Below, piece by piece: positions 34,561-48,684 of a stretch of 64,000 nt of DNA (positions are counted from its first letter, which is position 1; the number at the start of each line of letters is the position of its first letter). The notes beneath the pieces are model-generated. The model saw nothing but the letters and a program-made list of their open reading frames with translations, did not search any database and had not been told where the DNA came from. The stretch spans positions 218,302,001-218,366,000 of the forward strand of contig CM097885.1 in assembly GCA_044892525.1 (NCBI GenBank), read 5' to 3'. Origin of the DNA: Schmidtea polychroa (taxonomy: Eukaryota). The position numbers and the translations under genes were made by a program.

Positions 34561-35837
34561 CACTTTGGGTTGATAATTTGAACTAAATTTATCAGTAGAA
34601 CAGGGATAAAAATCAGTTGCTTTGGTACATTCATTTGTCAATCACTCTGTGCCACCATGATAATCATAATTAGAAGAAGATTAAAAATCAATTAATAAAA
34701 GTTTTGTATTAAATATTTAAGAAAATTTTTATCATAATTTCAAGAGAAATATTAGATAAAATATTTCTAGTTTGCTGACATGAATTAATTTTTATTTTTT
34801 TTAACAGGCAATTATGTTAAGTGATTTTCCTGAGATGTATTTTATAAGTTTTAATAGTTTTATTATTATTATGTATTATTATTACAATTAATACTATTAA
34901 CACGTTAACATACAAAGCAGCTGTTGTCGTCATCCAAATTTCAAATTCGATGACATAAAGACTGTAGCAATTGTATATCCGAAATGGTATTGTGGCCAGA
35001 TGACTATAGCAGTCATAACATCATGAATTTCTATATATTGTGTCACAATACGAACTCCCTTTGAATATTTAGTGTCCTTCAGTGTGNNNNNNNNNNNNNN
35101 NNNNNNNNNNNNNNNNNNNNNNNNNNNNNNNNNNNNNNNNNNNNNNNNNNNNNNNNNNNNNNNNNNNNNNNNNNNNNNNNNNNNNNNNNNNNNNNNNNNN
35201 NNNNNNNNNNNNNNNNNNNNNNNNNCGTTATTATAATAGTAGCTATTTTAGTGAATAAAATACAATCCAGAATTAATATTTTATTTATTACAAGATTTAA
35301 TTTTTTTCTTTTCTTCTTCTGCTTCTGCATCTTGTTCTCCATTTTGAATATTGAATGTTTCTTTATTTTCCGTTATTTAAACAAACGTTTTTATATTATT
35401 TAAATATGTAGACGTAAGGCGAAGGCACTACAGCTATAACCGGTCAAATATGACGGAAGAATACTTTTTTTTAGAATGGTTTTCAAAAAATAATTTTATT
35501 TCCATTCAAAAGATCTTTAGTTAGGACATCTTTTATGTATGTTTTAGAATTTCATAGTGTCTATAAATTGTTATATTTCGTTCGAGCTATTCCAATATTT
35601 TAAAGTTCAGTTTAGTGAGATGGGTGTTCTTTGCCGTCAAGATTACGTAGCTAATAATGTAAGTAATTGCTGTGGGGATTCATGTTTCAAAATTGAGACA
35701 ATGTTTTATCTTCAATCACTTCCTTTGGAATCTCAATTAGCAGAAGATCAAAATCATAAATACTTTTTGTTGAATGGCAATTGCCAAAACATAATATCCA
35801 CTCCTTTCATTTATCTTGTCATGTGGAATGCATGTTA

Positions 35838-36053
35838 CCGTATTTTAGCGCATATAACGCGCACGGTATCTGATTACAATAAACAATAAAACCGATGGTA
35901 GCGTTACTGTCACATCATAAAAATATTTCCACTGGCAATGCCGCCACGTGTAAAATATAAATCATAAAGCGCGCACCCACAGATACCGCGCATGGGGGGT
36001 GCACGGTTTGTAAAAATGCGTATAACGTGCGCGTTATATGCGCTAAAATACGG
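35838..36053. mobile_element. pogo-like MITE
   Basis: Perfect 27-bp TIR CCGTATTTTAGCGCATATAACGCGCAC with TA TSD. Confidence 0.92.
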
Positions 36054-36499
36054 TAGTTATTATATTTCGTATTTCACATGTTGTTACAGTAAAGAATTTT
36101 TAACGCATAATTCATTAATATCGGTACTATTGCTTTAGTAACAACATTTGATATTTTGCTAAAGCCCCCACCCTTTTATTAATAATTTTCTTCCAAAATC
36201 TCGAATATTGTTCATTATTTCTTTGAGCAGAAGATCAAATATTCAGAGTGTGAATGGATATTTCATTATCAACAATGATGCTTCTCTCAGTTTCATTGAT
36301 TCCTATGATTGGAATTTCATGTTCGAAACTGATATTTTGTTCATAGAAATGGCAATTATGAATCCGCCACGTGTTTTTCAACTACCTACGAGTAAGTCCG
36401 ATGCAATAATAGTGGTTACAAAATCATACACTGTTTTGCCTTGACTTTTTAATTATCACATAAAAGTGACATATATGCAAAGATTTCAAGAACTTCCTA

Positions 36500-37500
36500 A
36501 ATCATTCCGATGGAAAAATCATTGGTCGGTGTAAGAATCTTGAATAGCAATGTGAATTTCATCCCATGATGAATTATATGTGCTTTCTCAACTTTCTCAG
36601 TACCATGGAAGAAGTCTTCAGAATTTGTAATGAGAAAAAAATTGAGAAATTATATTTTGTATTGTGTTCAATATTATTCGATAAAGGAAAGAATTTTGTG
36701 GGAGCGACTAATCACATGGAGAATATTCAGATTGATAATTACCAAATGGAAAAAATTCTAGCGGAGAATAAGGCGAGATGGATTTTCAATTAAACAGCAG
36801 CTCTTTATTTTGGAACCGTATTTGAATCAATGATGAAATCTGCAAAGAGAGTCATGGAACCTATGTTGGGAAAGCAGATTTGTCAGATGAATAACTTTAA
36901 CAGTGTTTACGAGAGTCGAGATGATTATATATTCCAGACCCTTGCTATTGCGATCAGAAAACCCAAAAGAAGACGTCATATTGACGCTAAATCATGTATT
37001 AATAGCAGGTTGGAAAAGAGAAAATATAAAAAAGTACACTAAGTCTGAAAAGACTAGCATGCACTTTAGGTAAAAGAGAATTCAAGGTTTAACATGTCAG
37101 TTCTGGAGAAATCGGGGTAAATAAATGATCTAATCTAAGATTTCGGCTTAAGTGCTGACGCAATCAAGGAAGGAGATATCATTTGGATTTTAGATAGATA
37201 TGCGGATGCATGTGAATGGCCTCGCAGTCGATTGATAAAAACAATAAATGGGTTTGATGAGCATTTCCAGGTGGTTCAATTACTTATTGAAGGAAAGGAA
37301 ATTATTAGACACATAGTAAAACCATGTCTTGTACTAAAATCAATGAAGGCACTAATCTTGTTCTCCCGTAGATCAAAGGTGGAAGAATGTTCGTATAGTA
37401 AATAAAAAATAATATTTAAAATTCAAAATTAAAGTAATAATGCCAAAGAATCCCATAGAGATCAGTCGAGTACTTTAAAAACAAAGTTAGAAAAAAACAA
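36500..37500 (+). mobile_element. BEL/Pao LTR retrotransposon 3' relic (integrase, C-terminal domain, PPT, start of LTR)
   Basis: FDKGKNFVGA...WIFN*TAA.YFG.VFE.M.KSAKR; IKEGDIIL...WPRSRL...GFD...RHIVKPCL; purine tract AAAGGTGGAAGAA followed by TGTT at 37388. Confidence 0.75.
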
Positions 37501-37608
37501 AGAAATTTGGTTTTATTTAAATATTATTTTTTGTCTGTGTTCTGTAAAACAGAAGTTTAAAAATAAAGATTCTGAAAATATTATAATTTATTTAATATAA
37601 AAAAGAAA

Positions 37609-37914
37609 ATGAAAGCTATTGAACTTTATAACTTTAGCTCAAATGGATTTGATGATCTTTATGTTGTAAAAGGATCACAACTTGCGATTTTGAATATGGA
37701 CAGCGATCCTAATTGGTTTAAAGCTGAATGTGATAGTAAAACTGGACTGGTTTTAGCAAACTATAATAAAAGTTTTCAAGACTCCTCTAACCAATCTGTT
37801 CAACCTGTACCTTTACGTAATAATTATAAAACTCACGAAAAGGGATTTCTAATCAATTTAATTAATTCTGGTCACGCAGATTTTAGCAGTGAATTAGACA
37901 GTTATAATAATTAG
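37609..37914 (+). pseudogene. Isolated GRB2/Drk-like N-terminal SH3 ORF (101 aa)
   Basis: MKAIELYNF...DDL...ILNMDSDPNWFKAECDSKTGLVLANY parallels Drk [40 protein letters not shown]; no SH2 follows. Confidence 0.6.
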
Positions 37915-38309
37915 TGAAATTTTTTAATAAAATTTTAAAATCAGATATGCCTATTTTCCTATACAGTCCTTATTGATCTAACTAATATTGGTCGATGCTT
38001 TAATCGATAATGTTTACGAGATTGAATAAAGAGATAACGTATGCGTAATTTTTTAAGCTTTTTCGATAAAATCATTGGATCCGAAAATTATTGTGCCAAT
38101 GCTGGTAGCACTTGTGTTTTGAATGTTATTAAATTTATTAAATTATTAAGTTAAATAATTTTTAGATTTCAATTTTAGAAAGTTTATAGATTGTTAAAAT
38201 TAAAATTATTAAAATTATATTAAAATAAAATTATAATTAAAATATTTTAAAATCTTCAAATATTATTATAATTATTATTATTTTTTTTGTATTTTTTAAA
38301 AAATTTGAC

Positions 38310-38444
38310 TAACGATGTTTTTTTTTATGTTCACGAATTTTTGGCACACTTGAAAAAAGGCTAATATCAAAAAAATCTCGATATTTTTACTGATTCATAA
38401 TTAAAGTTTTTTAATAAATACAATGTCAATTGAAAGAAATCAGA
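38310..38444 (+). repeat. Degenerate hammerhead hairpin element copy
   Basis: TTCACGAATTTTTGGCACACTTGAAAAAAGGC...TTTTTAATAAATACAATGTCAATTGAAAGAAATCAG, then N-gap. Confidence 0.65.
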
Positions 38445-39011
38445 NNNNNNNNNNNNNNNNNNNNNNNNNNNNNNNNNNNNNNNNNNNNNNNNNNNNNNNN
38501 NNNNNNNNNNNNNNNNNNNNNNNNNNNNNNNNNNNNNNNNNNNNNNNNNNNNNNNNNNNNNNNNNNNNNNNNNNNNNNNNNNNNNNNNNNNNNNNNNNNN
38601 NNNNTATTTACTTTATCATTTGTATTATTTTTAGACATCATCGCACATTTTGTCGATAACAAATAATAAGCAGTTATTGTTTATAAAACCATCAATTCAG
38701 TTGATGTTGATTTACCATGAGCAACAAATTATATTTCAGACAGAAAGCTAAATTTTAACAATTAAAATTTTAGAAGTTTTTGAAATAACTTCTAAATCTT
38801 TTGAGAAATAAATACAAAAAAATTTACCAATAAGTTGTTACCATTTAATAAATTTAGTAATGAATATGAAATACTATTTGCAAATATACCAGATAATAGA
38901 GAAAAACAGTAGTTGTAAAGTTGTACAGTTTATCACTAATTAAGTGTAATAATTAAACAATGCAATTGTGATATTTGGAGTATTGTTGAGTATCGTCTTA
39001 CCACAACAACA

Positions 39012-39360
39012 CAGTTGCGCGTTGCGCTATAGTGGGCCCAAAATTATTACTAAAAAAATATTTACAATCATTTTCTAAAACTTTTTTCCCGCAGTTATAT
39101 TTGCCTACAAACATAAAACTATCATTGAATAGCAGCTGCTGTGAATAACTATGTATTAAACTTTAACCGAAAAATTTTTTTGCCAATATGAAGGGAAGGA
39201 GGAAAGATTTTAATATTTAAGGTCCATTAAGTTTTAGTTTCATTTTTGTATTATTTTTATGATATATGAAATAAATATCTAACTTGTTTTTGTTAAAAAA
39301 AAATTATTGTGGAATTATTTACATTGCGCTGGGGGCCCAAATTTTGAAGTTCCGCCACTG
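39012..39360. mobile_element. hAT-like MITE
   Basis: Ends CAGTTGCGC / CCGCCACTG, GGGCCC subterminal motifs, perfect 8-bp TSD CAACAACA. Confidence 0.85.
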
Positions 39361-40799
39361 CAACAACAGTTTTGTAGAACCGAATTAGCAATAGATCTGA
39401 GGTATGTCAAATAAAGTTTGCTCATTAGGTAAAGAGAGGAAATGATAGCTTATTCAAATTTTTTAAAAAAATAGATGTAAATCAACGAAGTAAATACAAA
39501 TGTAGGCTAATAAGTAAAATTTATTTTCAGTTCCTCTTGGCAGCAGAACATTTTGAACGAATTAATTACATTATGATATGATCGGTGTAAGTTTAAATAA
39601 TTATGTTTAAAAATAAAATACAATTTAAAAATAGTTTGTTTATTTTGAAAATATAATATTTTATTTTTGTAATATTTAAGCGATTTTAGAGACAAATTCG
39701 GCAACTCATGTGGGAGTGGGCCTCTTTCGAGGCACTGAAACAGTGCTTGTTTTACTATCCCACTGTTATGCTGATGGTGCAAAGTATTTGTTTATAACAA
39801 AATATTGTGTATGAGGTGCAAATATTTTATATATAGAGCAACACTGGATGGTTGCATAAATATCGAAATTAATCTAGTTACTGTTAAAAAAAGTGATATA
39901 ATTATCTGACCGAGTGACTATTAAAAATAATATAAGAATCAAAAATACAATAAATGTATTTGCATATAATTTTATTCTAAACTAGACACAATAACGATCA
40001 TAGAAAAAAATTTGTTATTTTTAAAAGAAATAAAAAATCCTCGACAGCAAATAATTTAAATTAAATTTTATATATGAATTTATTATATTATTTTTTAATA
40101 TAATTTACTGGATTAATTTACTGAAATTTAAATATTATTAGATTACATGAATTGGAGACATTATCTTTAACAAGTGATTTTTTATAAAATTTAATTTAAT
40201 TACTCTCATAGAAATATTTTTTTAAAAATTGAAGATTTCATAAAAAAATTATTCAAATTGTTCTACTAAAATATTACAAAAAAATAATAATCTGATTTTG
40301 ATAAATTACAAGTTGAAAAATTATTTAAATCAATTACTGTCTTTTGATTATCAATTTTTCAATATTTTTTTTATTTTTCCAAGTGTGAAAACCAAATATT
40401 TCCCAAGTGTTGAATTGCACATGATTCGGGTAAAAATGACTACCTGACTTTCTATAAAAACCCCGATTTGTGTTAAGGTTAATCTAAGTGAATATAAGTT
40501 ACAAATCGGACAAGCAATGACAGCTATAAAATGTTAATTTGTTCCATTTTGTTTTAATTATGGCTGAGAAAAGAAACGATGAAAAAACTTTATTCTTGAT
40601 AAAAATTGGCAAAAACTAGTAGAAGAATTGTGTTAAACATTCTTTGTGATTATAAAGAAGAATTCTCGTTATGATACACTTAGTAGAAGAAGCGGACCAG
40701 GAAGAAGAATAATAAAAGGTGATGATGATGAAAAATTGTACAGCGCATTCAAAAGTGAAGGTCAAATAGTATTTTGTGTATATCTCAAGAAAGGAGTAT

Positions 40800-42929
40800 T
40801 TCAATAAGCAATGTTTATATAATTATCAAATCAGAAAGAATGCCTATTATCCCTTATAAAGGACCTGTTTGTTGTTAACTGATAATCAGAATGTGGAGAA
40901 ACTGGAATGGTGTTGACAGCATTGCAATCATCCCTGAGATGGATGTTTCAACATTTATGAAAACTGGTTTGAATTGTATTTTTATAATCGTGAATGATTT
41001 TGTGATGATATTTCGAGAAAGAAGCAGCCATTAACCAGAAAAGGCAATCATCCTGATATCATTATAATTACAGAAATTGCTAAATCTAGGAGTACATGGA
41101 TTTGTTGGATTAGTAGGCAAACAAATTTAAAGTATAGATTTTCAAAGAACTTCAATGAATTATTAACCAATGAAATTTACCCAGCAATTTATAACAAGTT
41201 TCATCGACACATTAATATGACCATCCAAATTTACAATACTCATCAAATTGTTGAAAAAAAGAATATTGAATGGTTAAATGATTTCGGTGACAATCATGTT
41301 CCAATTGTTATCATCATAAGCAAATGTCAAAGACCTAGATTTCTTCAAATTCTTTGGCAAACGATTTCAAAAATAACCCAATCGATGAAATATGAATGGC
41401 GAAAGATGATATTTTTTGCTCATCAAAGTCACGCGGAGTGCAATGGATTATCAAAGCAGAAATCTTGGTACTTCCGTGTTATCTTACCCCCAAAAATTAA
41501 ATTATAAAATACAATTAAAATAACAATATAAAAAATGAGAGAATACATTATTGATGACGTTATTGAACATTATTGAACATGAATTTATTAAGGCTATCTG
41601 TGATTTATTTGATTATGTGAGTTTATGTGGCGCAAACGTGTTCTAAGCAACAGTGCCGATGTGTTCGACACTATTCTCAACGACATTGTGGTTTTCTGGC
41701 CACCTGGATGACCATTTACAAACTCTTTACAAACATTTGCTGAGTTTGTAACTGTGATTTAGAAAATAAATATAATAATTATATGTGTTCTTTTTTAATT
41801 TAATTTTTGGGGGTAAGATAGCACGGAAGTACCGAAATCTTATTTAGAAATCGTTGAATTTTCGGATTGTATTTTTTAATGATTATTTCCTCCGACCAAT
41901 CAATAGTAGCTATGAAATGTTTAAGTAAAATTGATTTGTTTCATTGTGTTCTAGTTATAGAAGGGTCATTAATGACGAAAAAAACTTTATTGCTATTATA
42001 TTACGAAGAGGAGATATTTCTTAATCGAAAATTTTCATTTTTGTTTTATATAATCTTGAAATTTTCGTCATCTATTAAAAGTTGCTTTATGTTTATACCA
42101 GTAAGAAACTGTGGATAATTCATTCTTATACGTCTTTTATTGAACAGACAAAAAAAATTACAAGAAATAAGTAGATAAATATTATTAATCTTTCACTAAA
42201 TGTCACATTCGAATGAATAATAGTTTATGACTTTATTTGACTTTATTCTTCGTGTTATTCTAAAATCTGGAAAACGAACTTACTTTGAGAATAAACGGTT
42301 AAGAAATATATGAAAATTAAATTTAGGAAGATTTTCTTCATTATATTTAGAATTATATATAGAATTATATTTGAATAAAATCTTCATTTTTTGGTCACTT
42401 TTGATCTGTTTCCTTTTTTGATATTTCATTTATTTTCATTCTGACAATAGATAAAAAACTTGTTTAGCAAAGAAGTAAAATTTTTGTTCTTTTGTCAGAA
42501 TTAAAATTAATGAAATATCATCAAAAAATTATATTTGACTCGAATTTCAAATTTTGATTCCAAAAAAAACCTGGCAAAACTTACAATCCCAATTCTCAAT
42601 AATAAAACAAAAACAAAATTTAATCATTTTCAACTAATAACGACCTTGAAATTTGGAATTTTTCTTTTCTACTTCCTTTGGAGAAATCGGTTTCTCTTTA
42701 ATCTTTTCTGAGCATTTTTTAGCGACTATTTCAACAGAACTATTCATTTCACTGGTGGAGTCCGTCATATCACATACCTGATAGGTTATTTGAAATTTAT
42801 TTATAGATGTAAATTTCCAAGTACCACAGGTTGCATAAACCTTTCAGGATCAGTAACGACAGATGGCAATTCGACATTCCTACTTGGACTTTCTGTAACA
42901 TTCAAACTCGTGACTGCTAATTTAAACAT
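40800..42929 (-). pseudogene. Decayed coding-like region of unknown family
   Basis: ATG at 42929 with a 47-nt GT-AG intron; long stop-interrupted frames (FLTGINIKQLLIDDENF...IIHCTPRDFDEQKISSF...) rejoin in frame across the Merlin insertion. Confidence 0.3.
41467..41833 (+). mobile_element. Merlin-superfamily deletion derivative
   Basis: 38-bp TIR GGTACTTCCGTG.TATCTTACCCCCAAAAATTAAATTA, 8-bp TSD GAAATCTT, internal CEFMWRKR...DVFDTILNDI* (Merlin transposase C-terminus). Confidence 0.88.
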
Positions 42930-45900
42930 TGCTTGAATTAATAAAGTTAGTAAATTAAATTATAAGTGTATAAATAACAGCAGATGAAAACAAATTTCCT
43001 TTATTTTTTACCCGATCAAAGAAATATAAAATTCTAAGTCAAAATAAATGGAATCAACACAAGGAATTTATCTTAAAAACTTTTGATTTGTAATATTTGC
43101 TTTATTTGCTTTATTTTTTAAAATCAAGTTTTTTTAAAAAATATTCTAAAAATCAATTTTAAAATAGTCTGCCGACCATTTGATTTTCATAGAATTTCTT
43201 CCCATTGCCATTGGATGCCATTGCAAACTTTACATGTGTTTATAGGGATTTGGTCACGAATACTATTGGTATTACTCCTACGTCTATCATTCAAGATATC
43301 TAATGTATTAATAAATTTGTTAAAATAGATACAACTATGACATTAAGCTTGAGACTATGTTACAATTAGAAATAGTATCGAATATTAAAGATTTTAATTT
43401 TAAATAAATACAGAAACCTTAATTTTTCAAAAAGAATATTACTAGATTAAATTAATAGCTAAAATTTATAATTAATTAGATTGGGTTAATAAAAACTATC
43501 AAATTGTGGTAGTAATTACCGCTTTATATGCTAAATACATGTTTGAAAAATTTTAGATATTTATATACAATGTATATTATATATATTCTAGCTGCTGACA
43601 CTTAATGGCGTTGTTTTAAAATAAATTCAAAATCATTACGTTTGCTTAATGTTAATAATAATTAATAATAAAGACAATAAATTATTATAAATTATAATTA
43701 AATCTCTAAATAAAGGCATCGATTTAAATATAAGTAAAAACGCCAATCCAATATATATTAAATTACAATATATTTCGACAGACTCAGTTTCATCATCAGG
43801 TAGAATTGCTCTTCTTCAAACAAGCTAATTCATTAGTTTTTTTAAATTATATTTTGCTAAAAAATCATAAAATTCTGTTTTCTGAATTCATATTTTTAAA
43901 AATTTCTCAAAGTTTTCACAAAATTGTGTTTACTAATATTAATCAACTCCTTCAGTCGATAGTGATCAAGAACTTGAGAACGGAGATGACGGGCAGTCAT
44001 TCCAGTATATGTGGTCTTACACCCGTGATATAAATATTAATAACCAAGATCCGAACCCAATCTAAGTAGGACTTGAAATTCACTAACAAACACGAAGTTA
44101 AAAAAACAGGAATTAGAAACCACCTTAGAACATTGAATACACAACTTCTTGTTTAAAATCTTTACACAAATTGTATAACATTCCAAGTACAAAAATGTAA
44201 ACCTAAACATAAAATTGTGCTAAATCGATGACGGGGAGTNNNNNNNNNNNNNNNNNNNNNNNNNNNNNNNNNNNNNNNNNNNNNNNNNNNNNNNNNNNNN
44301 NNNNNNNNNNNNNNNNNNNNNNNNNNNNNNNNNNNNNNNNNNNNNNNNNNNNNNNNNNNNNNNNNNNNNNNNNNNNNNNNNNNNNNNNNNNNNNNNNNNN
44401 NNNNNNNNNNNNNNNNNNNNNNNNNNNNNNNNNNNNNNNNNNNNNNNNNNNNNNNNNNNNNNNNNNNNNNNNNNNNNNNNNNNNNNNNNNNNNNNNNNNN
44501 NNNNNNNNNNNNNNNNNNNNNNNNNNNNNNNNNNNNNNNTTCGGCCGATCTTTCATGTGCGACTTGTGATCGGTTATGATATTTTTGTGTGTTTGCATGT
44601 GTGTGATGGGATTGTCTGATTCATAATCGTATTAATTCACAAAAGTTGTTGTGGTGGCTCGATTAATATTGATTTGGATTGTTCTTTGTTTGCAATTTTT
44701 ACTCGAACTTCTGAATTTTTTTTATCTTTGTGATTGTTTCAAATTTGTAAAATTTTTAAATTATTTTGGATATCAAGAAAGATGAATCAATTTTAATATT
44801 AATGTATAAACTTTAATAAATACAGAAAAGATAATGTCGATGAAGTATAAATCTAAGAATTTAATGAATTTCAACAGAACTTATAAAGATATGCATTTCA
44901 TATAATATCCTAGCAAATCTTTAACATTTTTTTGGAATTCTCATTGAACTATAATNNNNNNNNNNNNNNNNNNNNNNNNNNNNNNNNNNNNNNNNNNNNN
45001 NNNNNNNNNNNNNNNNNNNNNNNNNNNNNNNNNNNNNNNNNNNNNNNNNNNNNNNNNNNNNNNNNNNNNNNNNNNNNNNNNNNNNNNNNNNNNNNNNNNN
45101 NNNNNNNATTCTTCTTTACTTCATAATTCATTAAATTCTTCCATTAATATAATCGATAATTTTCCTTTATTTGTTTTGTTTTGCTTCGTATCAATTCACT
45201 TAAAAATAAAATATTGTATAAAAAGTTTTGATCTCCTTAAAAATAATATTTAAATTCATATTTAAAAGCTTTTATTACAAATTTAGATGAATTTATTTCA
45301 AAATCATTACGAGTTAAAATGCAAATTTTACTGTAAATAATATTTATATATCAACCTGATTTTTTCTGAACTGTAAATGTTATTTGGTCATAAGCTAAGC
45401 GGATTATGTCGCCAACGTTTAAAATTTTAAAATTATTTGCTTTGATTGGCTTTTCATTTATAAAAGTCTAAGATGATATTATTAAATTATAAAAAATAAT
45501 TTGTTCTCATACTCCATTCGATGTTTCTAGGTCTTTTATTTTAAGACTTTTATCTTTTTCGTTTATTAATAAAATACAGTGCTTGTAATCCACACTGTTT
45601 GACTAACAAACAGTTTATTAACATATTATAAACCCAAAATTAAAATACTTTCAGCTGAATGTCGCAATCTTTTCTTCCCAGAATTATTTTATTCTTATCA
45701 AAATAATACAACTTCCCAAATCTATCAGTTAGATACCATTCAAAGTGATTTTCTAGCATTATATGTAAAATAGATCTTTATTCCCAAATTTATTTTACAA
45801 ATAATAAATATTTAATTCAAAAAATAAACGTGAGTTTAGCATTAAAATCATATATTAAAACAATTCAAAAAGATCGATCTTATGATATTTAAAACTTAAT

Positions 45901-46246
45901 TTAAAACTTTCTCATCAATATCAAATTTACTATTTATAAATACAGGGAGTAAATTAGTTTTAAAAGAGTATTTTAAAAGAATATTTTGCATTTTTCGACT
46001 TGATTACGCTACAAAATTAAGAAATTACAAATATTATTTTATATTATACATTATTACTCTTACTTTTTTTTTGGTTCAAGCAATTTAATTTGTGAATTTT
46101 CACCCGATAAATATTTGGTTGAAAGCTTTTTTTATTTTTATTCTTATTCAAATAATAGAATCAATGACAACGGTCAAATATTAAGATAAATGAGGTATTC
46201 ATAAGTGGATACCCAAAGGAAATTTGGTTTAGTTTTATTTATAAAA

Positions 46247-48684
46247 GGCTCCTAATTAAATGCAAACTAAATAATCCCATTTTGCACACTAAAAAATTAA
46301 CATTTGCTAACTATTTTTGCAAACTAAAAAATAATTTTTGCACACTATAAAATTGATTTTTGCTAACTATTTTTTGAAAACTAAAAAAATGATTTTTGCA
46401 CACTATTAAATACTTATTTGCTAACTATATTTTGGAAACTAAAAAAATGATTTTTGCACACTATAAAATCGATATTTGCTAACTATGTTCTGCAAACTAA
46501 AAAATAAATATTTGCACACTATTTTCAAAAATATTTATACATTATAAAATAAAAATTTCAGATATATTTCAATGAATAAAAAAGCATAGAGATTACAATT
46601 TATTGTTAATGCTTAAATACAACAATTTATAGACATTTAAAAAATGGTTTAACAAAATGTTTTGTATGATGGCTGCATTTTATTTGCACTAGATATAATA
46701 AATTTTTAGTTCTACTGCAACAGCAATGCTTTTCTTGCTTTTGCAGGGCGACCTCTCTTTCTTTTGGTTCCAATTGGAACATTTTTCGCTTAGGTTGGAG
46801 GGGCTACGAGCTTTAGTCGAATAGCTAATCCAACAATGTGTTTGCAAAGGATTTTTTTAAAAAAAGAAGGGCAGTTACAGTCTCCGTTAATCCAGTCATT
46901 TTGATCTTTTGGTAAAATAGTAGTCCATGAAAGAAATGCATTAATTTTAAACTCATCAAACGTTTCCCAGTTGTCATTTCCATCGTAGGTTTCTGTCAAA
47001 TCTTTTGCAGCAATTTTGTAAACAACACCACTCTCTGTTGATTCTGGAGAAATGGTTTTCTTCAACTTTGCCCACTGGTATGAGCTAGTCCAAAGTTCCA
47101 AGTCAATTTCTGGTTCGGTTTTGATGACTTTAATTCCAGATTCGTAATTGTTGGACCACCTTTCAATCCAATCAAACAATCCAACAGTAAATCTTGATAA
47201 TGAGACTCGCTCTCTCATAGAATCTTCATCTTTCATGACTCGGTTGTATGCCTCAAGGGCATTGTTTGTGCTAGGTGTTAGTTTTTTGGCACCTTCAAAC
47301 CAATTTTTATTTGATTTCAGCCATTCAGCTGTGAAGTATTCGACAAACTCCTTGTTTGCCTTCTACTTTTTCAAGAATAAAATTGATGCTTTTTCAAAAA
47401 CTTCTCTGGATTGACTGAGTTGCAAAGAATCAATATCAGACAAAATTTCCTGTCTTGCATCTTTTGGAATCAAAGAATCCACTTTTTTCTGAACATTTTT
47501 TTTCATATGAGCCCAGCACATAATCACCAATACGTTTTTGCCAAACACTGCTATGAAAGAGTTTTGGATGCTTTTTGATGCATCAGAAATTAATGTGCTT
47601 GGATTGAAGGGAGCATTGAAGATTTTAGGATCTTCATTCTTCAATGCAGTAAACAAAAATTTGAAGTCCTCAGTTTTTTCATCGGTGCGTACTCCAATAC
47701 CAAAACAATGAAACTGGCGATTGCGATCTGTTGTACCAATAACAAGAACAGGGAAGCCTTGCCATTGAAATGAAGTACCGGAAATATCCAGTGTCTTTAT
47801 ATTTAATTTCATATGCAACAACAAATGCTTTGTTATCTGCTTCTGGAACAGCTGAATGAATTTGCAACCACTGATTTAATTCTCCAAGGCTAATGATGTT
47901 GGCACCATATTTGGACTTTCTCAAGGATGCCAGATGATTATTCAGTTGTGTTTGACTTGGAAGGGGTAATTTTTCGTTAGACAAATGTTCTAACATTGCT
48001 TTTGGTTTCAATTTTAAAGCAAACAATTTGTCAATTTCAGCTTTGACGTATCTGTCATTGTTGTTCTTGTTTTGATGTTGTCACAATCATGTGCATGTCC
48101 TGATCTGTATAGAACAACATCACTAGTGCTGGACTCGTACCATAAGTAAATTGAGGCTGAACATTGTTCCCCACGAAATTTAACACGATTACAGCGGAAA
48201 AACCTCTTTTTCCCCTCTTCAGTTTTATTTGTCCGAAAACAAGACCACACTTTTTCGTTTTTTACAAAATCCTCAGCTTCATTTGAACTTGCAAATGCAT
48301 TTGCTCTTTTCCAGTCTTTGCAAATTTTTTCCCTTCGAGTTTCAAGTTTTAAAACGTGTTCTTCATCTTCATTTCCTGAAGAACAGTATTCTGGAACAAA
48401 GTCAAACTCTGAATTTTTTTTAAATTCCACCATTGCTATAACGACAAAGAAGTATTTATTATGAATAAAACAAACTTAGTTAGAAAATAATTTATTTATA
48501 GTTAGCATTACTATTTATAGTTAGCAATTATTTATTATAGTTAGCTTTTATTTATTATAGTTTGCATTTATTATTTATAGTTAGCATTTATTATTTATAG
48601 TTATTTATAGTTAGCATTTATTATTTATAGTTAGCATTTATAGTGTGCAAATACATTAAAATAGTGTGCATTTAAATTGTAGCG
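46247..48684 (-). mobile_element. Mutator-like element (MULE), full length
   Basis: 9-bp TSD TTTATAAAA; imperfect termini GGCTCCTAATTAAATGC / GCATTTAAATTGTAGCG; subterminal tandem arrays at both ends. Confidence 0.88.
46790..48433 (-). pseudogene. MULE transposase with SWIM zinc finger, disrupted
   Basis: WQGFPVLVIGTTD...FH.FG, LISDAS, CWAHM, TNNALEAYN, CNCPSFFKKILCKH; two frameshifts (~48020, ~47800) and a TAG at ~47363. Confidence 0.9.

Noticed and set aside
38940-39790. Spliced plus-strand gene interrupted by the hAT MITE
   Set aside because: Splice-like signals are present, but frames contain stops and no family was recognised.
42414-42530. 35-bp imperfect inverted repeat
   Set aside because: Single, AT-rich, no TSD or second copy; cannot support an element call.
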